A stretch of DNA of 62,362 nt, filler included, from Stramenopiles sp. TOSAG23-6 (GCA_900128565.1; 12 parts of 12 records of this genome joined end to end with filler, not necessarily neighbours in it); one strand, 5' to 3'. Shown: positions 1-11,830, counted from the whole stretch's first letter. A program made the numbers and translations. Notes: generated by a model from the letters alone, not told the origin.

Positions 1-17
1 AAAAAAAAAACATACAA

Positions 18-1770
18 GGCAGTGTCCAGCTGTACATGTACGGCATTTACTGCTGCAGTATAACCATGTAGGTAGCGTCTACCCTTAAAACGGATAATAT
101 CATTCATATTGGGAAAATATGTCTAAATTGAATTCAGATTAGTAATAAAATTATGTATAAAAAAAAATCCTAATTCAAACTTAGAAACTTACCCCATGTT
201 CATTTAAAACGTTCGCCATGTTTGTAAAAACACCAAAGTACTTGAAAAATGACTTTTTCGAAGTACGGTGTTGGAGAGCCTGTCTCTTCACATCCTTCCG
301 ATCATTTTCCAAGGCACGACGAATATCACTATCTGGATTTGATAGTGCTTGTAACGCTATTTTGCTGTTGTTACAAAACGTACTTCTGAAGTCCTCCAAA
401 CTAATGTATTGTGAAAATTAATTAATTAAAAAAACGAAATTTTCGTTAGGTACGAATTTTACTATAAAAAAATTATTAAAAAAAAAACTTGATTTTTTTT
501 TTAAATTAAAAAAAAAAGTTGAAAAATAAAAAAAAACTTACTGATAAACAAATACGACTTGATCAAAATCTAAGAGTAGGTCACTGCCGTCTGGAGATGG
601 TACATAGAGTATGACTCCTTTAGAGCAGTCCATGATATCATCCATGATGTTCGTATCATACACACTGATTACATGTAGCTTTAAAAAATAGAAAAAAATA
701 TAAAAATTAGAATTAGGTATAAAAAATAAAAAAAAAAGTTATTTGAAAGTTGTGATAAAACTTACTTCATTAGGTGTTACACCCGTATCAGCTAGTATTC
801 TATCACCAGACAATTCGGGGCAACTACTGAAAGCTATCGTCTTTTTCCCGCGTGACGTTTCCTGGTCTCCGTCCCTCTCCACTAGCACTCTTTTATACTT
901 GGCGCTTTTTATCAAAAAATTTTTTTTTTCCTTGGACATCCTATCGAGATTTTTTTTTTGGTCAAAAGCGGGGAGTTCGTTATACTCTATCGTCTGTTCA
1001 GGTATATTTTTAACCCTAACCCTAACCCTGAAATGTGAGTTTTTTAAAATTATTTCTGTATTTAGTTAGGAAAAGAGTCACTATAACCAAAAGAAANAAA
1101 AATCAAAAAAAAAATCAAAAAAAAAAAAAAGTTAAACATTTTTTTTTGGTTAGGTACAAATTTTACTATAAAAAAATAAAAAAAAAATGAAACGTACTTT
1201 TTTTCTAACGTAGTTTTTGCAGTACTATTTTCGAATATAGAGTTGGTGTTGGACACCAATTTCTCTAATTCTACTTTGGATATTTCTCCGTTTAGTACTT
1301 TTTTGACGTGTTGATCTTCTCCACCTTTTTTGGTTTTTTTGGCGCGAGCCCGTTGTCGCGTTCTTTTTCTGTTTACTTCCTTCCTATTCTCTTTTTTTTC
1401 TTTTTTTCTTTTCCTTTTTCTTTTTCTTTTAATTGGCCACTTTTTTTTTTCAATTGAGCTGCGCCAATTTTCCGCAACCGAGACAGCCTCTGTGGCTGCT
1501 GTTTTGGCTTTTCCTAGAGCTATAGAATAGTCAGGATGACTTGAGTGTAAAGTCGAGCATGTGAGGCACATGCTTGACTCTACCCTCAAGTCATCTAGAC
1601 AATCTATTATCCAGGATTCATTTTCGCCCACAGCTTGGACTCTAACCGCGTCGGTTTTTAACACTTTTGTGCAATTCTGCAACTGAAAAAAATCGTTGCA
1701 GAATACACCATATTTTGCGGATCCAGCTGCATTCCAACAGCATGGACATGGAAGCGAGGAGACATTCATT
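18..1770 (-). CDS. Multi-exon hypothetical protein, 3' end missing; Cys/His-rich N-terminus and Lys/Arg-rich segment
   Basis: ORF pieces 1062-1859, 739-939 and 181-399 are separated by AT-rich introns with GT donors and CCTAAC branch motifs; exon limits are approximate. Confidence 0.4.
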
Positions 1771-1955
1771 TTATAATTATTAATAAGTGGTAGAGTTGTT
1801 GGAGAGAGAAAGAGAGAGAGAGAGAGAGGAGCATACCCATCAAACTTCGCGTTTGCCAATTTTGAAATTAACGGTCCAATTTANTNAAATAACTGCCATC
1901 GAATTTATCGAATAATTTTTGTTAGAGCTGCTCCTCCTCCTCACAAACAACAAAA

Positions 1956-2170
1956 TCACGCACACACCTAGTCGAGTAATGGACCACCTCGGTGGCATTC
2001 CATGAGCTCGCCGCAGAATTTCTGTGGGACTCTTCGGAGTCCGTGCTGTGCGTGATTCGCTGTGTGGTCACACACACACCTAGTCGAGTAATGGACCACC
2101 TCGGTGGCATTCCATGAGCTCGCCACAGAATTTCTGTGGGACTCTTCGGAGTCCGTGCTGTGTGTGACTC
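1956..2170. repeat. Two-copy ~112-bp tandem repeat; each unit folds into a multi-stem structure (candidate structured ncRNA or MITE interior)
   Basis: Copies are offset by 112 nt. Hairpins CCAC-CTCG-GTGG, CCRCAGAA-T-TTCTGTGG and GGACTC-TTCG-GAGTCC; closing stems covary. An 11-bp inverted repeat (AGCTGCTCCTC 1926-1936 / GAGGAGCAGCT 2185-2195) flanks the array. Confidence 0.85.
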
Positions 2171-2289
2171 ACAGTGCGTTTTTTGAGGAGCAGCTTCTTC
2201 CAAGGGTGCTATTTCCCTAGAACATCGAACGTAAACATGAAAACACAATTGTCAAATGTTCCTATTTTAATTGCACATCCGATAATTTA

Positions 2290-3924
2290 TTGTGTTTATA
2301 CAATGTGAAACGAAAACAAGGTGGAAAACATGTAGAGCTTCAAGGACATCGTGCTGGCGTTCGAGCTATTGCTCTTAGTCGAGACAACAGTATGGTTATG
2401 ATGCCTTCGAAACAAACGACAAAAATTTGGCGCATTCGCTATGGTGGAACAGGAGAAGACTTGAATCTTCAATGTATTTGTACATTCGATTCAGGTTATG
2501 GCATTTGTCGTTCCTTTGTACAGGGTGATCAACATGCGGTTGTAGGTACAAAGGAGGGAGAATTGAAGTTGTTTTCTTTGGGATCTGGGGACTGTATTTT
2601 CTCAACTGATGCTCATGAAGGATCAATTTGGTCGTTAGCGATGAGACCTGATAAAACTGGGTTTGCTACTGGAAGTGCTGATAAGACTGTTAAATTTTGG
2701 GAATTTGACGTTGATGATGATGAAAATTTAACAATTGTTCATACTCGAACATTAAAAATGACAGATGAAGTCATGTGCTTAAAATATTCGCATGCAAAAG
2801 AGGCGGAAAAATTATTGATAGCAATTGCTCTTTTAGATTGTACTGTCAAAGTTTTCTATGAAGATACTCTAAAATTCTCTCTTTCTCTGTATGGTCATAA
2901 ACTTCCCGTTATGTCTCTTGATATCTCATCTGATGATACAGTTATTGCCACTGCATCTGCAGACAAAAATGTAAAACTTTGGGGATTAGATTTTGGTGAT
3001 TGTCACAAATCTATTTTTGCTCATTCCGATTCCGTAATGTCGGTTTCTTTTGTTAGAGGTACACATTTCTTCTTCACTACTGGCAAGGATGGGATTGTAA
3101 AGTATTGGGATGGGGATACATACAATCTTATACTCGAAATGAAAGGACATACAGAGTCGGCTTGGTGTAGTGTTGTCAGTCAAGATGGAGATTTTTGTTT
3201 AACAGGGTCAGAAGATAAGTCAATTCGTTGTTGGGAACGATCAAAAGATCAAGTTTTCTTAGAAGAAGAGGAAGAACTTCGCATGGAAGAAGTTTTTGAA
3301 GCTGAAATGGATGACAATACGCGTAATCCAGAAGAACTTGCAGGTGTTGCAGGTACTGCTGAAGCCAGTGAGAGTGCAGCGGCGGGTGTCAAAAGCAAAG
3401 AATCACTCAAGGCTACCGAGAGAATTATGGAAGCTCTTGAATTAGCAGACGCAGAAAAGCTGCGACTGAAAGACTCTCCTCAAAGTTCTGCGAATCCTCT
3501 TATGCTTGGTATGTCTCCTGAAGTGTATGTTATGCGTTCATTGAGAGAAGTTAAATCACAGGATTTGGAACAAGCTCTATTAGTTATGCCAGTGTTTACA
3601 GTACAAAATCTCTTTCTTTACCTTGCAGAGTTTGCACGTCTGGGGCTACATCCCGAACTGACGACTCGTTGTATATGTTTTTTACTAACAGTTCATCATA
3701 ATTCAATCGTTGCAAATCGATCAATGTTAAATGTATTGCGCGATATGAATATTTACTTGAAAACATCTTTGCAGTCTCATAAAGATTCTATTGGTTTTAA
3801 TATTGCTGGATTGAAATTATTGAGACGTAGATTACAAGATAGTGGACGATGTATTCCTGATAAGAAGAGGGCACTAGAAGAAAATTGTCATGGGAAGTCT
3901 CAGATAAAGAGACAGAAATCTTGA
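2290..3924 (+). CDS. WDR3: WD40-repeat U3 snoRNP protein WDR3/Utp12 (Dip2), C-terminal portion only
   Basis: WD40 repeats with the WDR3-typical motifs LSLYGHKLPV and WGLDFGDCHKS, then a Utp12-type C-terminal domain; no N-terminal half upstream. Confidence 0.88.
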   Translation: MCLYNVKRKQGGKHVELQGHRAGVRAIALSRDNSMVMMPSKQTTKIWRIRYGGTGEDLNLQCICTFDSGYGICRSFVQGDQHAVVGTKEGELKLFSLGSGDCIFSTDAHEGSIWSLAMRPDKTGFATGSADKTVKFWEFDVDDDENLTIVHTRTLKMTDEVMCLKYSHAKEAEKLLIAIALLDCTVKVFYEDTLKFSLSLYGHKLPVMSLDISSDDTVIATASADKNVKLWGLDFGDCHKSIFAHSDSVMSVSFVRGTHFFFTTGKDGIVKYWDGDTYNLILEMKGHTESAWCSVVSQDGDFCLTGSEDKSIRCWERSKDQVFLEEEEELRMEEVFEAEMDDNTRNPEELAGVAGTAEASESAAAGVKSKESLKATERIMEALELADAEKLRLKDSPQSSANPLMLGMSPEVYVMRSLREVKSQDLEQALLVMPVFTVQNLFLYLAEFARLGLHPELTTRCICFLLTVHHNSIVANRSMLNVLRDMNIYLKTSLQSHKDSIGFNIAGLKLLRRRLQDSGRCIPDKKRALEENCHGKSQIKRQKS

Positions 3925-4024
3925 TTGATTGAGTCGTGTCACGTGTGGATTATTATTATAGTATACATATATAGAATTATAGAATTTGTTTGAAATATAA
4001 ATAGCATAGACTATATGAATCTGT

Positions 4025-4657
4025 TTAATTGTAGTGTTTCAAACCTTTGTTTTTTATATTCCCTGATTTCTTGTTTTTCTTGTTTTTCATCTTGTTTTGA
4101 GAATGAGGCGGGGCACAAATATCCGAAGATTTGTTTGTAGCAGAGTTTTCTGAATCTGTGCTCTCATTTGTGTAATGTCTGCCGCTAATATTTATTCCAT
4201 GAGAAGACGACCTAGTGACGCGTAATCCATGTTTCCCCTCTTTCTGTTGTTTGTCCATTAGATGATGGAGTGAAGTCTTTTCATTTAGTCTAGGCATAAG
4301 AACAGAGTCCGGTTTATGATTTGCTTCTGGGACTTCTGAGCTGTAACTCCCAACTGAAGTTTCATTTGCCGATTCGCCAACATATGTTTTTTGTTCATCT
4401 GTTTGCTTTTTTCTATTTTTAATTCTTTTAGATGAAGAATCTACATCACTATCAGCTGATTTTACATTGCTATAACCATCAGCAAAAGTATTTTTGTGTT
4501 CTTTTTCATGCACATATTTAGTTTTGTCTTTCAAATCTACCATCTCTTTCCCTTCAAGTGCTTTTTTCTTATCTTTCTTAACATCATCATCTTCATCATC
4601 ACAAATGTATCCCCCGCATTCGTAACTGCCGCATGGATCAGGGAAGATATTTCCCAT
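4025..4657 (-). CDS. Hypothetical hydrophilic protein with possible N-myristoylation/palmitoylation start (MGNIFPDPC)
   Basis: Single ORF, first ATG at 4657; no recognisable domain. Confidence 0.55.
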   Translation of the reverse strand: MGNIFPDPCGSYECGGYICDDEDDDVKKDKKKALEGKEMVDLKDKTKYVHEKEHKNTFADGYSNVKSADSDVDSSSKRIKNRKKQTDEQKTYVGESANETSVGSYSSEVPEANHKPDSVLMPRLNEKTSLHHLMDKQQKEGKHGLRVTRSSSHGINISGRHYTNESTDSENSATNKSSDICAPPHSQNKMKNKKNKKSGNIKNKGLKHYN

Positions 4658-5138
4658 TGTACTTTGAAAGTACGCAGGAGTGAATAAAATGGATTTTTTA
4701 GATTCGGAGTGAAAAGTTTTACACATTCCCAAAATTTTTGTAACGGATAGTAAAACACGGCGCAAACCTGTCTTGTAGTTTTAAAATCAACCGCGATATC
4801 GATCATCGGATGACACGGATGACATCGATGATTCAATGATTGTTGTTCATACTGTTTAATTGTTTCTTTTCAACAAACTTATTTTTCCAGTATATATAGG
4901 CTGGTTATACCTCATTCACTTCTCTTGGTTAGAAACGGTTAAAAGTGTTACAGCCAAACTCAAACACGCCCAAACACTCAACAATGGTGACAGACACATT
5001 ATCATCGAGCGGCTCCCAAACTGAACATGCGATAGTTTCACACGACGTAGCTTCTGTGGTTCTAGACTCATGGAATCAACGTGCTGGCTGTGACACTGGA
5101 GAAGATGATTGTCAAGCCTCTGGGAAGAAAATCTTCAC

Positions 5139-5238
5139 NNNNNNNNNNNNNNNNNNNNNNNNNNNNNNNNNNNNNNNNNNNNTTAATTAATTAANNNNNN
5201 NNNNNNNNNNNNNNNNNNNNNNNNNNNNNNNNNNNNNN
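5139..5238. other. Artificial contig linker, first of 11 (others 10367-10466, 15594-15693, 20821-20920, 26039-26138, 31247-31346, 36452-36551, 41655-41754, 46849-46948, 52041-52140, 57207-57306)
   Basis: Identical 100-nt N44-TTAATTAATTAA-N44 blocks (stops in all six frames) separate contigs of decreasing length. Confidence 0.98.
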
Positions 5239-5297
5239 CGAAATTTTGTACCTAACAATTTTTTTAGATTTTTTTGAAATATTTTTCCAAAATACAT

Positions 5298-5673
5298 TCA
5301 ACATTAAATCGTGGAAACCAAATGAATCTGAAGTTAGAGAAAGTACGTTTTCATCATTTAAAAAAAAAAAAAAAATATTTCGTACGAAATTTTGTACCTA
5401 ACAATTTTTTTTTTTTTAAATATTTTTCACTATACTTCTCTTGAACAACGATTACACCAACATGAAGACAAAGGTGTAGTGTCTGGCGATGAAAATGTTG
5501 AAATTGAGCAAATTGAAAAAGTTGTGCAAGAAAGTATTACTAAAAGTTTTGGTTCCAATGGTCAATATTGGAAAGATTTAGGTATAGAAGAAGAGAAAAC
5601 ACGAAATCAAGTTGCTGATTCGATTTTTGCTTCTCTTATAGACGATGTGGTGAAAAATCTTCAATTGAAATAA
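5298..5673 (+). CDS. C-terminal exons of a hypothetical protein (DUF4378-like end ..QVADSIFASLIDDVV); intron 5343-5437
   Basis: Frame is restored (EVRE-T-LEQRLHQ) by removing GT..TATACTT; the contig starts inside an intron-family copy. Confidence 0.5.
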
Positions 5674-5793
5674 AAAAAAAAGTATCGAAATTTCAACTTT
5701 ATTTTTCTATATAAGCGTCTTTATCTTGTTTTTATAGCCATTTCACGACTACTAGCATTTGCGAAATCGAATAGTGGCAAAACAAGTGGGAAA

Positions 5794-7785
5794 ATGCCAT
5801 TGCTTTTGTTACCTGCACTTGCATGTAAAAACAAAGAAGTTTTTTTGAGTGTTTTAAAAACGCATTTATACTTTTGCAGTAATGCGCGCTTGTATTTTTC
5901 GCCGTGCTTCTTTGACGACGTTCGAACAGCGACTATAACAGCAATCACAGATAAGTTTATGGTCTGGGGCGAAATTCAAGAGATATTTTTTGCCGCTGTA
6001 CAGGTCTGTGTAAACGATGTAAATGAAAAGAGAATAAACAGTTTGCATTCATTCATCGAAGCATTGCCGTCAGACTACAAGTACATTGGAGTGGAGCTGG
6101 CGACAACATTCTTTCGGCAGAGTTCAAAGATGTCTTTTGATAGAATATCTTTAGAGAAGATCATTTCCCTTTCACTTTTGGCGTTAAACAGTGTCCCCAG
6201 TCTTATTTCGATAGCAAAAAGGACGAGAAGACATGGCCATGTAGCAATGATTTTGGCTCATTTGCAAGATGTATGTGACAAAGAGAATGCGATCGGTAAA
6301 GAACTTTTAGATCTTGCTCAAAATTATATTAGGTCATCTTTGCTTGACCCGAAGAACTATTCCACAAAAGCTTCGAATAAGAACTTGTTGAAAATTTTCT
6401 CTCTTGCTGTTGGTGTAGATGATTGCTCTTCTATCTCTGGTAGCTTTGATAACAATGGCTTCCTTTCTCATTGCTGTCATTTATTACAGAGCTTAAAACA
6501 ATCAGAAAGCGTGACAAAGATTGCAAAATATTTGGTGAATCTCGTTCTCTCCTTCGATAATTCGCAATTTTGCAAGATTCTAGAGAATCGAATGGTTGCT
6601 GCCTCAAGTTTCGCCACGCTTTTATTTTGTACACAGTTTAGTAAGACTGAGTTTGAAGACTTTCACGAGCGTTTCATTGTGAAGAGTGCATCGCTAAAAC
6701 AGACTTCAAGGTGGAATATGATCTCAATTATTTTTGACCCGAAAAAGAAATCTGGTGGCCCGAGTAGAGGAGCTGCACCAGACTGTATTCCCGGCTTAAA
6801 AGATTACATGATATGCAACGAAGGCGCTAACGTGGCTCCAACACCGAAACTTGTACAAGGTACAGTGAATGATGATGGTAGTGTTATGTTTATTTGGGAA
6901 GCAGTTGGATCGAGAGTCTATCGCGTCAAAGCATGTGGTGGAATAAAAACATCCGATTTTACTATTGAGTGTTCTTGCCCAACACCTACTTCGGGAACTT
7001 TTGGAGACAGTATTGGTACTTGTAAGCACGGTGCTAGTGCCCTGAGGTCAGTTGTTGATAAAGGTACGACAAAGCGTAAGCGAGATCGTAACCTTTCGCA
7101 GTATGCTGGAAATGAACATTTGTTTCATAAAATGAAAAAGCTTGGAAGCGCATTTATTTCAAAGGCAATACTCAGCAACGGCCTAAGTGATAGCATCATA
7201 TCTCAAATAACAACTTTTCTGAGAGCTGCAATGATACACGGGGCATTAAATATCATAAATGCTTTAGATAAGGTGCTGCCTCCGTCTAAACTCAATTTTG
7301 AAGACATGCGAAAGCGTAATCTAATAGCCTCTCTACTGAACAAGGATATAGTAAGAGCAAAAATTCATAGTTTTCCACCAGTTCGTCGTCTTGCTGAAGA
7401 GAGACTTAATTACATGCTAGCATTTAAGGATGAACCGATATTTTCATGGCGTCAAGCGCTTGGAAAAGGCGTGTCTGTACCATATCGCTTTGCAGTAGAT
7501 TTTCTTCGCTCAAATCAGGAAACAATGGATTTTCTCTTAGGCCAAGGCATTGCACATGCTAGAGAAATTGCTCGAGAATTTAATAAGAATTCCAAGCATT
7601 TTTCTGTACAGGCAACAAGTTTTGGCACTGGAAAACGTGCTAGTGTGCGTTTAACTAAGACTCGCCAGTACTTTAACAATGTATTGCAGGAGCACTCAGA
7701 GAGACTGTCGGAGATGGTGCAAATCAAAAAATTGCTACGCCAAAACAACTCCCAAAAGAAGGCACGTAGTATTATTATTAATTAA
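5794..7785 (+). CDS. Hypothetical protein with SWIM-type zinc finger
   Basis: 663-aa intronless ORF with CSCP-x14-CKH preceded by a beta-rich segment (V.GSRVYRV), typical of SWIM fingers. Confidence 0.7.
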   Translation: MPLLLLPALACKNKEVFLSVLKTHLYFCSNARLYFSPCFFDDVRTATITAITDKFMVWGEIQEIFFAAVQVCVNDVNEKRINSLHSFIEALPSDYKYIGVELATTFFRQSSKMSFDRISLEKIISLSLLALNSVPSLISIAKRTRRHGHVAMILAHLQDVCDKENAIGKELLDLAQNYIRSSLLDPKNYSTKASNKNLLKIFSLAVGVDDCSSISGSFDNNGFLSHCCHLLQSLKQSESVTKIAKYLVNLVLSFDNSQFCKILENRMVAASSFATLLFCTQFSKTEFEDFHERFIVKSASLKQTSRWNMISIIFDPKKKSGGPSRGAAPDCIPGLKDYMICNEGANVAPTPKLVQGTVNDDGSVMFIWEAVGSRVYRVKACGGIKTSDFTIECSCPTPTSGTFGDSIGTCKHGASALRSVVDKGTTKRKRDRNLSQYAGNEHLFHKMKKLGSAFISKAILSNGLSDSIISQITTFLRAAMIHGALNIINALDKVLPPSKLNFEDMRKRNLIASLLNKDIVRAKIHSFPPVRRLAEERLNYMLAFKDEPIFSWRQALGKGVSVPYRFAVDFLRSNQETMDFLLGQGIAHAREIAREFNKNSKHFSVQATSFGTGKRASVRLTKTRQYFNNVLQEHSERLSEMVQIKKLLRQNNSQKKARSIIIN

Positions 7786-7882
7786 TACAATAATCTAGCC
7801 TACAGTATAATATATTTTCATTTTTCAAGTTATTGTAGCATCTTGATTTTTTGAATTCATTTATTAAAGAACAATTAATTTT

Positions 7883-9283
7883 TTAAAACAAACTACCAAA
7901 TCCCAACTGAAACCGTTGTTCGACATCACCTTGGCATTTATTTAGAACTTTACTCCAAGAAAGTGAAAGTTTACCTAACGGGGAGGGAACTAAAATTCCT
8001 ACACCACAAGACACTCTGGTAGTATCTATCAAAGTTGTACAATTTTGGGTGGATATAGCATTCAAACTGGTGAGTTGTCCTGCACTAACATGAAGAAGAC
8101 CTCGAACTCCTGCCTTTTGAGTAGCTTCAAAAGGAAATGGGAAGGTAAGAGATAGCCGCGCACATGCTAAAAAATCTCCACCTAAAGAATCTCTATGAGG
8201 TGATTTCACACCACTTTCACCACGTTCACCACCAGCTCCGCGTAAAGCAAAACCTTTTAATGAATTTGGACCGCCCATAAAAAAACGATCCGATAGCGTT
8301 GAACCCAAAATATTATCACGTCGCCAATAATCACTACCAAATGGCATCAGTACTCCTACCTCTGCACTACCGGAAAATACTATACCAGCACCACCTAAAT
8401 AAGGACCAGTTAAAGGTTGTAGTAATTCGCATTCGCCCCATCCCTTGGCAAACATTGTATCTCCGCCAAATCCGGCAAGTTCAGAACGTATTTTCAACAT
8501 ATGCCCTCTGGTGGGTACAGATGGATGATTTCGTGTATCCCAGGAAGCAGTATGGGATATACTTGACTTAACGGATTGATCAGCAACAGCAGCCAACACA
8601 CGAGTAGATGGAGCGAGTATTCCCCCTCTCTCAAGTGCAGTTTGTGCAAGAGTATGAAGAGCAGAGGAACTATGAATAGTAAGAGACGGTAAAATTTCAC
8701 GCCATTGTAGATCATAATTAAACGTGTGACGACCATCAAGAGTACGAAGAAAGACTCCGGTACCTTTCTGTTGCTCACGATATGAACTGGCATCCGTAAA
8801 ATTAATGGTATCTCGATAGCCACGAACGCCCAATGTAGCAGGCAATAACCATGGTCTTGATTTTGTCACTGAAATATGAGACGAATTACTATACTTTGAA
8901 CCAAGTCCTGCGCTTACTTCCACCGTCTGGGCATAGCCAATAGGGTTATGAAAAGTTGCCCCTACTTCAGCCGTAGATTCACCCCCTTGCATGTACGCAC
9001 CAGCCTTCACATTTGCGATACCTTTCTCTTCAACAGTAACAATTAGATCGACATCTCCACTAGACTGACTACCTGAAGCAGCTTTTGTCAAAATGTCCAC
9101 TTTTGTGAATATTCCAAGTGCGCGTAAACGTTGCAAACTTCCGACCAAACTTTCACTCACATCTTTCAAGGTCGATGACTGATAAGCATCTTGAAGCTCT
9201 CTTTCAATGATATGCGGACGAGTTCTTGACGCACCAACAATACGAATACTCTTAACATATATACGAGGATTTTCAGAATCCAT
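7883..9283 (-). CDS. SAMM50: Mitochondrial outer-membrane SAM complex beta-barrel Sam50 (Omp85 family)
   Basis: N-terminal POTRA (GASRTRPHIIEREL), DRFFMGGPNSLKGF, SLGGD and a C-terminal RFQLGFG beta-signal. Confidence 0.92.
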   Translation of the reverse strand: MDSENPRIYVKSIRIVGASRTRPHIIERELQDAYQSSTLKDVSESLVGSLQRLRALGIFTKVDILTKAASGSQSSGDVDLIVTVEEKGIANVKAGAYMQGGESTAEVGATFHNPIGYAQTVEVSAGLGSKYSNSSHISVTKSRPWLLPATLGVRGYRDTINFTDASSYREQQKGTGVFLRTLDGRHTFNYDLQWREILPSLTIHSSSALHTLAQTALERGGILAPSTRVLAAVADQSVKSSISHTASWDTRNHPSVPTRGHMLKIRSELAGFGGDTMFAKGWGECELLQPLTGPYLGGAGIVFSGSAEVGVLMPFGSDYWRRDNILGSTLSDRFFMGGPNSLKGFALRGAGGERGESGVKSPHRDSLGGDFLACARLSLTFPFPFEATQKAGVRGLLHVSAGQLTSLNAISTQNCTTLIDTTRVSCGVGILVPSPLGKLSLSWSKVLNKCQGDVEQRFQLGFGSLF

Positions 9284-9620
9284 TCTAAAGCTTGCTAATT
9301 TACTACCACCTAGTATAGGTTGATCAATATATTATTATCTGGTACTTTAAAATGAAAGAGTCTTCGAAGAAGTCTAAAAGTTTGCATTTTGATGATCTGA
9401 TGGCCACACGAGTCAGAAAAAATTTAAATGTCGAAAAAAAATCGAAATGACGTCATCCTGTCATTCGCCAATTATTGTGTCACCACTGTACTCAAAAAAT
9501 TTGATAGTATTCTTGTTACCTTACATTATATAATAAAAAAATACGTAGCAGAAGAAGAAGATCATTGTCACATTATTATTCTATTTAAAGAAAGAGTAAA
9601 GTATAAACTATAATCATTAT

Positions 9621-10322
9621 ATGACAGAAGATATATTCGTTCCCCTCAATAGTGATTGCGAAAGTACTGTAAGGTATGAAAGACAACCTAGTAAACATCG
9701 TTCATCAGAAGAAATACTTGAAGTGCTAGACTTGGTGGGCGAAGCGTTCCCTGACGTCGTTGACGGCGAAATGGAATTCGAAGAGGACGATTCAAGTATT
9801 TTGCCAGGTGTACTAAATCTAACAAACACAATTCTTGGCTCAGGGGTAATCACAATGCCATATGCAGTACGCTTAGGTGGTATTGGAAGTTTTGTAGCTA
9901 CTCTTTCCTTCATTGCTTGGCTTAGTGATTATGCTGTGAAATTGATATTCATCGCTGTCGAGCGTTCCCGATTAATTGCTGCATACGACGAAAGCGCTGA
10001 ACGTTTACATCGCCCATCATTAACGATTCGAAGCGAAACTTTGATTCAAAATAAAGCAGAGTTTCTTGTAAGTTACGGTACGCTAGGAAGACAACTATTG
10101 TACGTTTTCTATGAATTTCTAATTTAATTTTTTTTCATACGAAATTTCGTACCTAACGATTTTTATGTTTGAAATATTTTTTCATAGTCCATGGCTATAG
10201 GAACATTACAGAAAGTGAATGTAATCCGAGCGAAAATGGTTCCTTTGTTGAGCCTTGTGATCCGAACCTATATGGCCCAAACGCTTCAATCAGCAGTTTG
10301 TGGATGGAAAGAAGATGGCGAT
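9621..10322 (+). CDS. Amino-acid transporter, AAAP/SLC38 family, N-terminal part
   Basis: NLTNTILGSGVITMPYA matches SLC38 TM1. An intron-family copy starts at 10100; the downstream exon join is unresolved. Confidence 0.75.
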
Positions 10323-10519
10323 GTATGTTTTATTTTTTTTTTTAAACAAAAAAATCGAATTTTTTTNNNNNNNNNNNNNNNNNNNNNNNNNNNNNNNNNN
10401 NNNNNNNNNNTTAATTAATTAANNNNNNNNNNNNNNNNNNNNNNNNNNNNNNNNNNNNNNNNNNNNTGTACCTAACAATTTTTTTTAGATTTTTTTTGAA
10501 ATATTTTTCCAAAATACAT

Positions 10520-11011
10520 GTGTAGTACTTCTGTATCCTTGGGTTGGCAATTATTCAGTCAAAAATGTACGTTTTCAGCATACATTTCAAAAAAAACAAA
10601 AGTTATTATTAAAACATTGTACCTAACAATTTTTGTACTCAAAAACAAAATATTTTTTCACAATACATATTTGGTTTTATTATTACAGGAGCAATTGAAA
10701 AGAAAATCTCTATTCAATCCACCACCATCTTCAGATAACTTCCATAATTCTAACGAGGAGAATGATTTTTTACTCTTTTTACTTCAATGTATCAATCAAT
10801 TTGTATTAGGTAATGAAGAATTGTGTCAGAATATTGTACCGTATTTGATTTTGGAATCACCAAAAATGAAAAGTTATTCAAAACATGAAATTATTCTTCC
10901 TCAATTAAAATCCGCTATTGAATCTTTATTACGATTGTGTATAGAAAAGCGAGCAGGTTTGCTACCAGCAGTCCGAAATATTGTAATGAATTGTCCAAAT
11001 CATTTGGAAAT
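10520..11011 (+). CDS. Internal exons of a hypothetical protein; GT-AT intron 10567-10668
   Basis: Frame is continuous (..FSQK-Y-LVLLLQ..) after removing the 102-nt copy. Confidence 0.55.
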
Positions 11012-11103
11012 GTATGTTTTATTTTTTTTCAAATTCGAATGTTTTTTTCGTACGAAATTTTGTACCTAACAAATTTTTTTTCAAATATTTTTCTAAAATA
11101 CAT

Positions 11104-11722
11104 GCTCTGTCGACATAGATGTGTTCCGCGATCGGGTGGCTTTAAAAGAAGTTCAAGCTCGTCTTACAGCGATGCGAAGATTCTTGAAGCCAATATTTAA
11201 TGAATATGCTGCTGATGACGACAGTGATGCTGCTATTAATTCACTTGGCACTGTCAATGTAAATGAATTAACTACATTTGCAAAAGAATGTAATTTATTT
11301 GGTCCTTTGTTTGGATATCGATCACTGCGAACAATATTTTGCTACTGCCAACAGGAAGAGGAAGCATTAGAGGAAAACGAAGAAGATGGAGAAGAGTCAG
11401 AAATGGTATATTCGGAATTTAAGGAGGTGGTCGTTGCAATAAGTTGTTTTATGCGACCTAATCCATATGTAACTAGTATGTATTATTTATTACACTTTTG
11501 TATTCATATATCCAACGTATTACCCATTTTTCTTGTTTACTACACAGCAGTTTTAACACTTGTATAAATATTCATCATATATATACTTTTCTTTTCAATA
11601 TCAACAACACTACAGTGGAAATCAATGCTTATAATTTTGTAAATGAAATGGTGATGCCTGCTTTAGTAAGTTTACCACGATTTGGTGGTAAAAAAAAACT
11701 TAAATGGAAGAAACCAAAGTAA
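11104..11722 (+). CDS. C-terminal exons of an EF-hand-like hypothetical protein
   Basis: ORF 11121-11567 (IFNEYAA..VNVNELTTF..EMVYSEFKE) plus a last exon after a GT-AG intron at about 11477-11615. Confidence 0.55.
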
Positions 11723-11830
11723 TTTTATATAAATGTCAATGTAACTATTTTAACGAATATTGCTATTTATTTTTGTAGTAAAGATATATCTCGTAACTAT
11801 ATCCAACTACTACATTCGTATATCACAAAT

